This document shows positions 10,757 to 21,108 of a stretch of 64,000 bases of DNA, piece after piece (position 1 is the stretch's first letter; every line of letters starts with the position of its first letter). The notes below the pieces were generated by a model that searched no databases, was not told where the DNA came from, and was given only the letters and a program-made list of their open reading frames with translations. The position numbers and the translations under genes were made by a program. The stretch comes from Microcoleus sp. (GTDB lineage Bacteria > Cyanobacteriota > Cyanobacteriia > Cyanobacteriales > Microcoleaceae). The stretch covers positions 96,001 through 160,000 of the forward strand of contig JAYFMW010000005.1 of the NCBI GenBank assembly GCA_042408215.1, given 5' to 3'.

Positions 10757-11038
10757 ATGCAGTGCGAATTGTGCGATCGAGAAATGGCAGCCTTAACCGC
10801 CCATCACCTGATCCCCAAACAAAACACCAAGCGGAAAAAAGAAGATCCAGGCCCGACAATCGACATTTGTTCCGCTTGTCACCGCCAGATTCACTCCCTA
10901 TTTGACAACAAACGCCTCGCCCAAGAGCTTAACTCCCTCGACAAGCTCAAAAACGACCCTCAACTCCAGAAATTTATCTCCTGGGTTAAAAAACAAAAAA
11001 CCGACCAACGTATTCAAGTACGCGGCAAAAAAAACTGA
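10757..11038 (+). CDS. Small HNH-type protein
   Basis: CELC...HHLIP...CSACHRQIH. Confidence 0.8.
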   Translation: MQCELCDREMAALTAHHLIPKQNTKRKKEDPGPTIDICSACHRQIHSLFDNKRLAQELNSLDKLKNDPQLQKFISWVKKQKTDQRIQVRGKKN

Positions 11039-11087
11039 ATAAAACCATCTAATTCCGGGTGAATGGCGATCGCACTCGAACAGATAC

Positions 11088-11190
11088 TATAGCAATCCTA
11101 AATGAGTCGTAAAGTTTTTGACCCCACCCCAACCCTCCCCTTATTAAGGGGAGGGAGTAAGAAATTCACAAATGATTTAGGATTGCTATA
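11088..11190. mobile_element. MITE with perfect TIR TATAGCAATCCTAAAT
   Basis: tatagcaatcctaaat ... atttaggattgctata, with TA at both ends. Confidence 0.7.
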
Positions 11191-11230
11191 TACTTACTTA
11201 CCTATTCCCGACTCCCTCCCAGCTACGATC

Positions 11231-12466
11231 ATGAACCTAACCTCCCTCGAAATCGCCAAAAACCGAGCGCTCATCTTTAAAAAATTCCTGCAAATCGAAA
11301 TTGATGTCAAAGCTAACTCAGAAAAACTAGCCTTTTTAGACCGCGGCATACAAAACTCTCCTTACCAAAAAGAAATTCCCAATTATCCCAATTACCTCAA
11401 ACAAAAACCAGACGGTTTAAAAGTAATTAGTTACATTCCCCCAGCCAATAACCCGCTCAAACTTAGTCCCTTTCCCAGCCTCGGAGAACTCCCTCAAATT
11501 AACACTCAAGCTTTAAACTTTCTCCACGCAGACATCAAACAAGCCTGCGTTTGTATTGGCACTTTTGTAGAGGGAAAAATCCAGGCACAGTGGCTGGGAA
11601 AAAACGCACTTACCAAAGTTGAGTGTTGGAGTGCCACTAAAATTATCCCCCTGCTCAATATCGTCTCTAAAATAAATACTAAATACCCAGACTGCGACAT
11701 TGACAACTGCGTGATTAGAGATTCCTCCGGGCAAAAACAGGATATTTCTTTTTACGAGTTAGCAAAAGACATGATTGGCTATACCCATAATATCGCCAGT
11801 TCAAACTCCTTAGCCGCCATGTTCAAACGCTTTGATACTGGTACAGGAATAGAACAGTGGGTGAAGAGAACTACTGGCAATAATGACCTAAATTTTAGCA
11901 GCGATTACGGCGAGCAACCTTTTCTTAACTACCCAAAAATTTTCGATGTCATCAAAAAACAAGTGCTGCTAACAGCCGCCCAAAACAGCATCCACCAACG
12001 TAATAGCATTTCGGCTTATGACTTGACCAGGTTAATTTCAATGTTAGGATGGCACTACCATCTAGAAAAGCGATCGCGCCTGGGAGGAGCTCAGTGGAAC
12101 AGCCTAGAAACCATTATCAGAGCAATGGGATATGACACGGCTCGATACGCGGACGAAGCCATTAAAACTTTGGCTATGGATAAGGTCATCAGTTCCCCAG
12201 TAATTATCTCAAAACTGGGTTACGGAGTCAGCTCGATTAGGGGAACATTAGAAACAGTTTATGTGGCTTTAATGTGGTTTGTTGACGAGCGGCCAAAGGC
12301 TGCGGGAAAGCCAGCAAAACTCAGAACTTTAGCCTTGACTTTGCTGGGTGCGAAAGTTTTAGATGGTTCCATTGGTGGCGATCGCCTTGCGATCGAACTC
12401 GACGCCAGAATCTGCGCCGAAGTCACCGAAATTCTCCGCCGATTGTTGGCCGAAGAATTTGCTTAA
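11231..12466 (+). CDS. Hypothetical protein, probable serine beta-lactamase/PBP-like fold
   Basis: SATK (SxxK), SSN (SxN) and KLG (KTG-like) in the canonical order. The upstream ORF extension lies within a MITE. Confidence 0.6.
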   Translation: MNLTSLEIAKNRALIFKKFLQIEIDVKANSEKLAFLDRGIQNSPYQKEIPNYPNYLKQKPDGLKVISYIPPANNPLKLSPFPSLGELPQINTQALNFLHADIKQACVCIGTFVEGKIQAQWLGKNALTKVECWSATKIIPLLNIVSKINTKYPDCDIDNCVIRDSSGQKQDISFYELAKDMIGYTHNIASSNSLAAMFKRFDTGTGIEQWVKRTTGNNDLNFSSDYGEQPFLNYPKIFDVIKKQVLLTAAQNSIHQRNSISAYDLTRLISMLGWHYHLEKRSRLGGAQWNSLETIIRAMGYDTARYADEAIKTLAMDKVISSPVIISKLGYGVSSIRGTLETVYVALMWFVDERPKAAGKPAKLRTLALTLLGAKVLDGSIGGDRLAIELDARICAEVTEILRRLLAEEFA

Positions 12467-12480
12467 AATTTGGCGATCGA

Positions 12481-12780
12481 CTAATTAGCAGATCCATGAA
12501 ACTTGCGATAAAGCATCGCCTTCACTGGCTTTCCTCCCCGCAAATGTTGCTCTGTGACTGCGGCCACTTCTTCAGGACAAACGCCGCAGTACCAAACCTC
12601 TTCTGGCATCACTAACACCATCGGCCCACTGCCACACTGTCCCAAACAACTGCTAGCAACCACCGCCACTTCTGAACCTGATAACTTCTCAAAAGCCGCC
12701 AGTACCTTCGCAGCACCCTGCTTGCGACAAGTGCGGTTTTGACAAATCAGAACTCGCCTAGAAGATTCGATAAATTTCAT
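12481..12780 (-). CDS. Thioredoxin-like (2Fe-2S) ferredoxin
   Basis: CQNRTC...CLGQCGSGP..WY. Confidence 0.88.
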   Translation of the reverse strand: MKFIESSRRVLICQNRTCRKQGAAKVLAAFEKLSGSEVAVVASSCLGQCGSGPMVLVMPEEVWYCGVCPEEVAAVTEQHLRGGKPVKAMLYRKFHGSAN

Positions 12781-12928
12781 GGTTTTTACTTGACAATTTA
12801 CCCAAGCTATGCTATTTTTTTATCATGGGAATAGGTGTGGCCATATATACTCTTTCTACAACAACAGGCAAGATGCCTGTTCTACAACAACAGGCAAGAT
12901 GCCTGTTCTACAAAAGCCTACATTTAAC

Positions 12929-13567
12929 CTATTTATTCGGCTGAGGAGTCATCCGCAAATACGGCTTAATCGGCGTATAACCTTTGGGAAATTTCTCGGC
13001 CAACTCTTGCGGGTCTGTAATCGAAGGTACAATTACGCAATCGTCGCCGTCTTTCCAATTAACCGGAGTAGCAACGCTGTAAGAGTCCGTAAGTTGCAGT
13101 GAATCAATTACCCGCAGAATTTCATTGAAATTCCGTCCCGTGCTCGCCGGGTAAGTAATGCTCAAACGCAATTTCTTTTCTGGGTCAATCACAAAAACAG
13201 TGCGGATTGTGAGGTTATTTAGCGAGTTAGGATGGATCATATCGTAAAGGTCGGAGACTTTGCGATCGCCATCTGCTAAAATTGGATAATTGACAGTGAC
13301 ATTTTGAGTTTCCTCAATGTCTTTAATCCAGCCCATGTGAGAATCCACATCATCGACGCTGAGAGCAATAGTTTTGACACCACGCTTGTCAAATTCAGAT
13401 TTGAGACGGGCGACAGCACCTAGTTCTGTGGTACACACTGGAGTATAATCCTTGGGATGGGAAAACAACACGACCCAGCTATCACCAGCCCAGTCGTAGA
13501 AATTGATTTCCCCTTCGGAGGAGGCTTGGGTAAAGTTGGGTACTGTATCGCCTAATCGCAGAGACAT
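12929..13567 (-). CDS. 1-Cys peroxiredoxin (Prx6)
   Basis: FSHPKDYTPVCTTELG, YPASTGRNF, KPYLR motifs. Confidence 0.95.
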   Translation of the reverse strand: MSLRLGDTVPNFTQASSEGEINFYDWAGDSWVVLFSHPKDYTPVCTTELGAVARLKSEFDKRGVKTIALSVDDVDSHMGWIKDIEETQNVTVNYPILADGDRKVSDLYDMIHPNSLNNLTIRTVFVIDPEKKLRLSITYPASTGRNFNEILRVIDSLQLTDSYSVATPVNWKDGDDCVIVPSITDPQELAEKFPKGYTPIKPYLRMTPQPNK

Positions 13568-13735
13568 AACTGATTTCCTCTAATTGTATTTAAGGACGGT
13601 TCTCTATCATCTCACAATTGCCCGGTTTGTCGATCGAGCTTGACATGATTCTCAAGTTTTTGGCCGTGCGATCGCCAATTCGACTATTCTGATAATTTAG
13701 ATGCGGTCTGTTCCTACCATTGAGTAATTGTTTCT

Positions 13736-14011
13736 ATGCTTTACTTTCTGATTAAGACAATACAGCCTGTTTTAGTCCCCCTGTGTTTTGTTTCCGCTTG
13801 GGGCTTAATGTTTCTGGTATTTTCAAGTATTGGCCATAGTGTCACCGACTCCCTGCGCCGAGCCCAGCGAATGCACCAAATCCCTTGTGCTAATTGTGTA
13901 TTCTTTACTGGCGACTATCACCTCAAGTGTCCCGTTCAGCCTACAATTGCTTTGTCGGAAGATGCGATCGACTGTCTTGATTATCGATCGAATTCCCGCA
14001 CCTGGGGTTAA
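13736..14011 (+). CDS. Small cyanobacterial-type membrane protein with Cys motif
   Basis: Hydrophobic segment followed by HQIPCANCVFF...LKCPV...C. Confidence 0.7.
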   Translation: MLYFLIKTIQPVLVPLCFVSAWGLMFLVFSSIGHSVTDSLRRAQRMHQIPCANCVFFTGDYHLKCPVQPTIALSEDAIDCLDYRSNSRTWG

Positions 14012-14638
14012 AAAATTAGGCCCATTTTATCTGGTTTTCCTCGAACAAACATCTTACCTGTTCCACAATAAAATTCACTCTTTGTGGAATAGGCATCTTG
14101 TCTGTTCATCTCCTTACCAGGCTCTGCCCGGTAACGCAGATCTAAAGGATCTGCCTCTACTGAAAAAAAAACATCACCAATCAAAAAGCTGTTTTCACAA
14201 CAACAGCACCCTAGCCATATTTACCGAGTGATTTCCTCTTTGTTCAACTTCGATGCGGAGTTGCAATAAATTCGGAGATTCACTTGCATTGCTCCCCTCT
14301 TATTAGTTGAGGAAGTGTCAGTTTTGTTGGTGGGTGCTGCTATTGGTTTTGGATGAGACAGATCTGAGATTAAACAGCGTTTTTACTCCTTAAGATTCTA
14401 TTGTGAACTTCGCTGTGGTCTCTGTCAGAGAAGCTTTTTGTTTGCTTCATATTATTAATGTAGCACCTTCTTTTAAAAGTGCAAGTACCTGTAACTAAAC
14501 TTTACAATTGCAGTCAGAAGGAAGGCACTCTCAGAGATTTTGACAGGGATCGACGGATTAATTATCGTTCTAGCAGCTCAGCTTAAATAGTAGAGTCTGG
14601 CAGTGCCTGCGGCGACGAGAAAGAGGCATAATAAGTCT

Positions 14639-15919
14639 TTGACATCCTCCCCGCCCTAAAGGGCTAGGATTCCTAAACCTCACGATTTAAGTTTCTGTTT
14701 CATAGCAGAAGCCTTAACAGATTTACTCTGCTCTGGTCTTACACTCGCTCCACAGACTGACACCGCTAGTCCAGCGGCCAAAATGTTTTTACTTGCGTTG
14801 ACATCCCGATCGTGGTTACAACCACAACTCGGACAAGTCCAATCACGAATATTAAGAGGCATTTTATCGACAATCTGCCCACAGGAGCTACAACGCTTGG
14901 AACTAGGAAACCATCGGTCAATTGCGACCAATTTCCTTCCGTACCAACGACATTTGTAATCCAGTTGTCGAATCAATTCACTCCATCCGCTATCAGAAAT
15001 AGCCCAGGCGAGTTTAGGGTTTTTGACCAGATTCTTAACCGCCAACGACTCAACAGCAATTGTTTGATTTTCGCGGACCAATTGAGTCGTTGTTTTATGC
15101 AAGAAATCTTTGCGAGAATCCGATATTTTCAGGTGAATTTTAGCAACCTTAATTCTCGCCTTTTCTCTGTTTTTGGAACCTTTCTGTTTACGAGCAAGAT
15201 TCTTTTGCGCTTTCTTCAAACGCTTTCGATGCTTTCTTGAAATGCTTGGGATTAGCTATCTTGTCACCATTACTGGTCGCGATCAAGCTCGTTATTCCCA
15301 AATCTATTCCTACAGCATTATCGCTAATGGGCAAAGGTTGAATCGTTGGAGCATCAAACCTAATCGAGATGTGCCAGCGTCCAGAGGGATGGAGACTAAC
15401 CGTTACACTGCTCGGTTCACATCCTTTGGGAATTTGTCGAGACCATTTAATCAGCAATGGCTCAGAGTTTTTGGCAAGATAAATTTCTTTATTTTTGAAC
15501 TTAAAAGCCGATTTTGTAAACTCAGCACTGCCGCCATGATGTTTCTTCTTGAAGTTGGGATATTTAGTCCTGACTGCGAAGAAATTGGTGAAAGCAGTTT
15601 GAAGATGTCTAAGCCCTTGTTGCAAGGGGACACAGCTAACCTCATTCAGAAAATCAAGATCTTCCTCTTTTTTCCATTGAGTTAACATAGAAGAAGTCTG
15701 GTTATATCCAACTCTTTCTTGTCTCTCGTACCAAGCCTGGGTTCTCTCGTGGAGAGCCTTGTTGTAAACCAATCTTACGCAGCCCAATGTGCGTCGCAAT
15801 AGCGACTCTTGTTCGGGTGTTGGGTAAAATCGGTAACGGTGAGCTTTTTCCATACTTCACATACTAACATATTAAATGTAAAGCCGTCCTAAAGGACGGG
15901 GTTTCTGCCCAATTCTCTG
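14639..15919 (-). mobile_element. IS200/IS605-family tnpB-only element
   Basis: On the minus strand it follows target TCAT. Left end cagagaattgggcaGAAAccccgtcctttaggacgg. Right end GAATcctagccctttagggcggggaggatgTCAA. Confidence 0.85.
14680..15853 (-). pseudogene. tnpB: TnpB split by an apparent +1 frameshift near 15233
   Basis: Two ORFs (15188-15853, 14680-15219) join into one TnpB with GIDLG, AVESL, CSSC..CPSC and DRDVNAS if one A is removed from aagaaagcat. May be a sequencing error. Confidence 0.85.
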
Positions 15920-16795
15920 ATGAAAAAAACCAAACTCATCAAACTGTGTGCTGCGTCGCTGGGGCTGTTTCTATTGTGCAGCAGTGCAGCTACAGCCGAA
16001 TCGACAGCCAACCCTCAACCACAGCAGAATTATACTAACCAAGAGATTCTGCAACAGTTGGTAAAGGCAAGAGTCGTCTATCTGGGAGAAACCCACGACA
16101 GCGCTGAAGATCATCAAGCTCAACTGGCGATTATCCGAGAAATGCAGCGACAAAATCCGAAAATTGCGATCGCCCTGGAAATGTTTCAGCGCCCTTTTCA
16201 AAGCGTACTAGACCAATATTTAGCAGGTAAACTCACAGAAGAGCAATTGATTGAGCAAACAGAATACAATCAAAGATGGCGTTTTCCCTGGGAATATTAC
16301 GCGCCGATTCTGCGATTTGCCGCATTAAAGCAACTACCACTCCTTGCTTTAAATACACCAACCGAAGTAACCAGAAAAGTTGCCACCCAAGGTTTAGAAA
16401 GCCTCACAGCAGAGGAAAAAACACACATTCCGCCACTCTCAGAAATTCGCACCGACAACGCCGCATATCGGCAAATGTTACTAGAAGTTTACCAGCAACA
16501 CCAAAAAGCAGCACAAGGGAATAGTACGGCCTTTGAAAGATTTTTGCAAGCGCAAGTTTTGTGGGATGAAACTATGGCTGAAAAAATAGCTGAATTTGTC
16601 AAAGCCAATCCCGACTATCAAGTTGTAGTGTTGGCGGGTAAAGGACATATTGTTTACGGTTATGGTATTCCTAGCCGTGTAGAAAGGCGTTTGGGGGTAG
16701 GGAAGGTAAAGGTGCGATCGGTCTTATTTAATTTTCCTACAGATAGTCCTTCGTCTGTAAAAATACCTATTGCTGACTATATTTGGAAGCATTAA
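15920..16795 (+). CDS. ChaN family (PhuW-like) exported/lipoprotein
   Basis: VVYLGETHD, ALEMF, YAPI, WDETMA and LAGKGH motifs, plus signal peptide. Confidence 0.85.
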   Translation: MKKTKLIKLCAASLGLFLLCSSAATAESTANPQPQQNYTNQEILQQLVKARVVYLGETHDSAEDHQAQLAIIREMQRQNPKIAIALEMFQRPFQSVLDQYLAGKLTEEQLIEQTEYNQRWRFPWEYYAPILRFAALKQLPLLALNTPTEVTRKVATQGLESLTAEEKTHIPPLSEIRTDNAAYRQMLLEVYQQHQKAAQGNSTAFERFLQAQVLWDETMAEKIAEFVKANPDYQVVVLAGKGHIVYGYGIPSRVERRLGVGKVKVRSVLFNFPTDSPSSVKIPIADYIWKH

Positions 16796-17123
16796 TTTGA
16801 ATTAATATAAACTTTACCTCACCGCATCACCCGATCGGACCAAATTAAATAGCCCGATCGACTGATGAAAAAACCACCCGATCGCAGATTGCAGAAACTC
16901 GATTCACCAAGGCATACTTTAGCTATCGGTCATCGGTCGGTTATTTTTACCAAAAACCGCGCGGCGGGTGTGGGAGACTCCTCCATCACGCCTGCCCGGT
17001 TTTTTATTTTTGACAATTTATTTAACTAATATATCTTAAGGAAGGAGACAACAATCGCCCCCCTCTGCTAAACTAAGTCTGGGAAATGTCAATATCACCT
17101 TACCAAACTATCAAGAACTACCC

Positions 17124-17705
17124 GTGAGCAATCAACCAAAAATTCTCGCATTTGCCGGAAGCACGCGGACAGCATCTTATAACAAAATGCTGGTCAAAAT
17201 AGCTGCGACTGGGGCTAGGACCGCCGGGGCAGAAGTCACGTATATAGATCTACGAGATTTGCCAATGCCGCTATTTGATGAAGACTTAGAGGCCAAAGAA
17301 GGAATGCCCGAAAACGTTCGGAAGTTCAAAGAATTGATGACAGCCCATCAGGGACTTTTGATCGCTTCCCCAGAATACAACAGTTCCATTACAGCAGTAC
17401 TCAAAAATGCGATCGATTGGGCATCTCGCCCGCTACCGGGAGAACCAGGGCTGGCTGCTTTCAACAATAAAGTAGCAGCAATTATGAGCGCTTCTCTAGG
17501 GGCCTTCGGAGGTATGCGGGGATTAGTGCATTTGCGATCGATTTTGGGAAATATTAATGTCTTAGTTCTTCCAGATCAAAAATCAATTCCCAAAGCATAT
17601 GAGGCCTTTAATGCTGACGAGACGATGACAGATGCGAAACAGCAAGAAGCCGTGGAAAATTTGGGAGCTAAATTGGCTGGAGTAGTGGCAAAATTAAACC
17701 CATGA
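17124..17705 (+). CDS. NADPH-dependent FMN reductase
   Basis: GSTRTASYN, SPEYNSS, LKNAIDW motifs. Confidence 0.92.
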   Translation: MSNQPKILAFAGSTRTASYNKMLVKIAATGARTAGAEVTYIDLRDLPMPLFDEDLEAKEGMPENVRKFKELMTAHQGLLIASPEYNSSITAVLKNAIDWASRPLPGEPGLAAFNNKVAAIMSASLGAFGGMRGLVHLRSILGNINVLVLPDQKSIPKAYEAFNADETMTDAKQQEAVENLGAKLAGVVAKLNP

Positions 17706-17741
17706 GACGACTAAGTTAAACTGTCTTAGACGCAAGTGTCA

Positions 17742-17851
17742 TAGGACTTATGCACTCCGACTAAAGAAACCGGGTTTTTTACCTTGGGTGCGGGCTAAAA
17801 CACGTATTTTCGTAAAAAACCCGGTTTCTGCTCCCCGATGCGTAAGTCCTA
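17742..17851. mobile_element. MITE with TIR (T/C)AGGACTTA(C/T)GCA
   Basis: taggacttatgca ... tgcgtaagtccta with internal GAAACCGGG inverted repeat. Confidence 0.7.
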
Positions 17852-17864
17852 AAAGGAAGAGTAT

Positions 17865-18698
17865 TTAATTCCCCAACTTTTTCTGCTTCCAAGCCTCCAC
17901 AAACGGCAAAAACACCGACACCAACTCCTGCCGGTTAATCACCAAAGTCGGATAAGAAATTCTCCCGTAATTTTTCCCAACTTCCAGGGGAAAAATCGCC
18001 TGAGAATCCAGCGGTAGCCAAACCGCACCAGCCGCTTTGACAATTACCCAACTTCCCGCAATATCCCAAATTTTAGGTGTCGCTTCCACACCGCCCAAAA
18101 CCGCACCGGAAGCTACAGTTAAAAAATTGTAAGTAGCCATACCCAACATCCGAATTTTACTCGGAATACGAGGTGCGATCGCCACACTCCGCGAACAAAC
18201 ATTAAAAAAATGATTACCACTCATTTTATCAGGGCTATGGCGAATCTGCCGAGCGTTCAAAAAAGCACCTTTAGGTATATCGTCAAACACATCGCCGGCC
18301 AAATCAGGTGCAAAAAACCCGTGAAAAGTTTGGTTCAATGGCGGCAAATGCACGTAGCCAAAAACCGGAGTTCCGTGATACAATAAACCCAGGGAAATAC
18401 CCCAAATCGGAATCCCCCTAGCAAAATTAGTCGTACCATCCAAAGGATCGACAACCCAACACCATTCAGTATCCGGGAAAACCTGTTCTCCTTCCTCACT
18501 TAAGATACCATGACCGGGGAAAGTAGATGCGATCGCACTTCTAATTGTGACATCCGCCCACTTGTCAGATTCCGTAACCAAACTACCGTCATCTTTCTCA
18601 TGGGCTTGCGCCGAACCGAAATCTTGTAACAACTGCTGTCCGACGCGATCGACAGTAACTCGTGCAAAACTTAAAATAGAATCCCAAAAATCTTTCAT
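17865..18698 (-). CDS. Inositol monophosphatase family protein
   Basis: SEE, WVVDPLDGTTNF, WDIAG motifs. Confidence 0.92.
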   Translation of the reverse strand: MKDFWDSILSFARVTVDRVGQQLLQDFGSAQAHEKDDGSLVTESDKWADVTIRSAIASTFPGHGILSEEGEQVFPDTEWCWVVDPLDGTTNFARGIPIWGISLGLLYHGTPVFGYVHLPPLNQTFHGFFAPDLAGDVFDDIPKGAFLNARQIRHSPDKMSGNHFFNVCSRSVAIAPRIPSKIRMLGMATYNFLTVASGAVLGGVEATPKIWDIAGSWVIVKAAGAVWLPLDSQAIFPLEVGKNYGRISYPTLVINRQELVSVFLPFVEAWKQKKLGN

Positions 18699-18834
18699 TA
18701 GTTATTGGTTATTAGTTATTGGTTATTGGTTGGTGTTATTCTGATAATAACAGTTAACAACTAACAACTATAGCCTTTCTCAAGTTTCTGGAGGTACTCT
18801 TGGCTTCGCGTGAGTACCTCATACCTCACTCCCT

Positions 18835-19552
18835 AGAAACTACTATCGTCAGGTGCGTCGCCATCTACTATCTGCAATTTCCATCGAAGAGCTCACAGCG
18901 ACGCACCCTACAGATTAGAAACTACTATCGTCAGGTGCGTCGCCATCTACTATCTGCAATTTCCATCGAAGAGCTCACAGCGACGCACCCTACAGATTAG
19001 CTAATGACTAATGACTAATGACTAATGACTACTGACTAATGACTAGGTGCGTCGCCATCTACTATCTGCAATTTCCATCGAAGAGCTCACAGCGACGCAC
19101 CCTACAGATTAGCTAATGACTAATGACTAATGACTAATGACTACTGACTAATGACTAGGTGCGTCGCCATCTACTATCTGCAATTTCCATCGAAGAGCTC
19201 ACAGCGACGCACCCTACAGATTAGCTAATGACTAATGACTAATGACTAATGACTGCTGACTAATGACTAGGTGCGTCGCCATCTACTATCTGCAATTTCC
19301 ATCGAAGAGCTCACAGCGACGCACCCTACAGATTAGCTAATGACTAATGACTAATGACTAATGACTACTGACTAATGACTAGGTGCGTCGCCATCTACTA
19401 TCTGCAATTTCCATCCAATATCTCACAGCGACGCACCCTACAGATTAGCTAATGACTAATGACTAATGACTCATGACTAATGACTAATGACTCATGACTC
19501 ATGACTAATGACTAATGACTCATGACTAATGACTCATGACTAATGACCAAAC
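18835..19552. repeat. Six tandem REP-like hairpin units (GGTGCGTCGC...GCGACGCACCCTAC) interleaved with CTAATGA heptamers
   Basis: Copies start at 18851, 18933, 19045, 19157, 19269 and 19381 (period 112 bp after the first). Confidence 0.9.
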
Positions 19553-19553
19553 C

Positions 19554-20987
19554 TTAGTCTAATTCATTTTCTAGGAGAGTGGCGATCGCACTTTTAGCAT
19601 TATCCTGAAACTCCCGAACATCCACCCTACCCAACAGCCAAACAGCCAGCACCATACCCACCGCCGGCACCGTAAAAACCAACCCATAGGCCAACATCGG
19701 CACCCCAAACAAACTCCTGCCCAAATCCAAAATAGCACCACCGCTAACCGTTGCTACACCCCGCGCCATCGCTTGCGACAAACCCCAAGCACCAATAAAA
19801 GTCCCCGCAGTTTCCGCAGCAGTCAAATCCAACATCAAACTTAGGGCACCCGTCGTTGTAATTCCCGAAGCTAGCCCAAACAACATTAAAGCCGACTTAA
19901 ACAAAATCGGATTCCCAGTAAATCCCGATAAAATAATTAAACCAAAACAACCAGCCACCGAAAAACAGCCCAACCTAATCGTATTTTGCTTGCCAATACG
20001 TGGTACAATCAAAAAACCAGTGGCGCTCAAACCAAAAAGCACACCAGTACCATAAATAGCATTCAACCGGGTAGTTTCCGAAATCGGCATCTGAAAAATT
20101 TCCCCGCCGTAAGGTTCCAAAACCGCATCCTGCATAAACAAACAAATAGTCATAATCAGCAGGAAAGTAAAAAATAAACCGGTTTGGCGACTAGCAGTCA
20201 AAATCCGCAGAGCACTTCCCAGGGTAATTTTATCTTCACGATTAACTGCGATCGATCGCACCCCATAGCGCGAATACTTTTTCTCAACCCCAAAAGTCCC
20301 AATCCCCACCAACAACAAAACTACAGCCGGCACCTTCACAAACAAAGCATTAATCGAAGCCTGTAAAACTTCCCGTGGTACATCCCCATCAATTTGTTTC
20401 AGCAAACCGCTGCTAACAATCGCGCCTATAATAATACCAACCATCAACATCGACCACACAACACCGATCAACTTCGAGCGATCGTCCTCATCCGAAACAT
20501 CCACCAACAAAGCAGCAAAAGGAGTCGAACTCGAACAAATAGCAATACCATAAAGCCCAAAAATCAAACCCAACAAACCCACCCAACCATAGGTAGGATT
20601 CGTCCACCCCACAGCCTCCAAACTGTCGCCTAAGCGCCACATCACCTGCACCGCCAAAAAAGCCGAAATCACAAATACAACCCCCCCAATCCACACATAA
20701 CCCGTGCGGTGATGGCCAAACAAAGGCTTAGCATCAGACATTTGCCCGAACCACACCCTAGCTGGGGCGACAAACTGGTGCATAGCCAGAGTACCAGCCA
20801 CCACAGTAGCCGGAATTGCCAACTCCTTAATCATCACCCGATTGAGCACCCCCAGGGTCAAAATCGACATCATACCCAACCCCATCTGAAACAAGCCCAG
20901 GCGGAACATAGTCAGCAGGTTAATCCTCCCGATAGCAGCAGTCGCGGAATCTGTTAATCTTGAATCTGGCAAAGGGTCGAGCGACAT
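19554..20987 (-). CDS. BCD/PucC family MFS transporter (chlorophyll delivery)
   Basis: RLGLFQ..LNRVMI.EL, QDAVLEPYGG, FIGAWG motifs. ~12 TM segments. Confidence 0.9.
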   Translation of the reverse strand: MSLDPLPDSRLTDSATAAIGRINLLTMFRLGLFQMGLGMMSILTLGVLNRVMIKELAIPATVVAGTLAMHQFVAPARVWFGQMSDAKPLFGHHRTGYVWIGGVVFVISAFLAVQVMWRLGDSLEAVGWTNPTYGWVGLLGLIFGLYGIAICSSSTPFAALLVDVSDEDDRSKLIGVVWSMLMVGIIIGAIVSSGLLKQIDGDVPREVLQASINALFVKVPAVVLLLVGIGTFGVEKKYSRYGVRSIAVNREDKITLGSALRILTASRQTGLFFTFLLIMTICLFMQDAVLEPYGGEIFQMPISETTRLNAIYGTGVLFGLSATGFLIVPRIGKQNTIRLGCFSVAGCFGLIILSGFTGNPILFKSALMLFGLASGITTTGALSLMLDLTAAETAGTFIGAWGLSQAMARGVATVSGGAILDLGRSLFGVPMLAYGLVFTVPAVGMVLAVWLLGRVDVREFQDNAKSAIATLLENELD

Positions 20988-21108
20988 AGCTATTGAAATA
21001 AACACAACATTTGCATTTATGGTAACTCAGATATCGCAAGTAACCGTCGTTGTTTCCCCAGTCAGCACCTCAAATGCGATTATTCGTATCACAATAAAGA
21101 AAAGAATT

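Noticed and set aside
10757..11038. HNH gene as a functional partner of TnpB
   Set aside because: It lies outside the IS right end (10588), so adjacency is explained by insertion.
14485..14510. NtcA box
   Set aside because: The spacing is GTA-N9-TAC, not GTA-N8-TAC.
16960..17000. Yfr1 sRNA
   Set aside because: Contains ACTCCTC but not the full ACTCCTCACAC motif between two hairpins.
18835..19552. CRISPR array
   Set aside because: The apparent spacers are identical or made of heptamer repeats.
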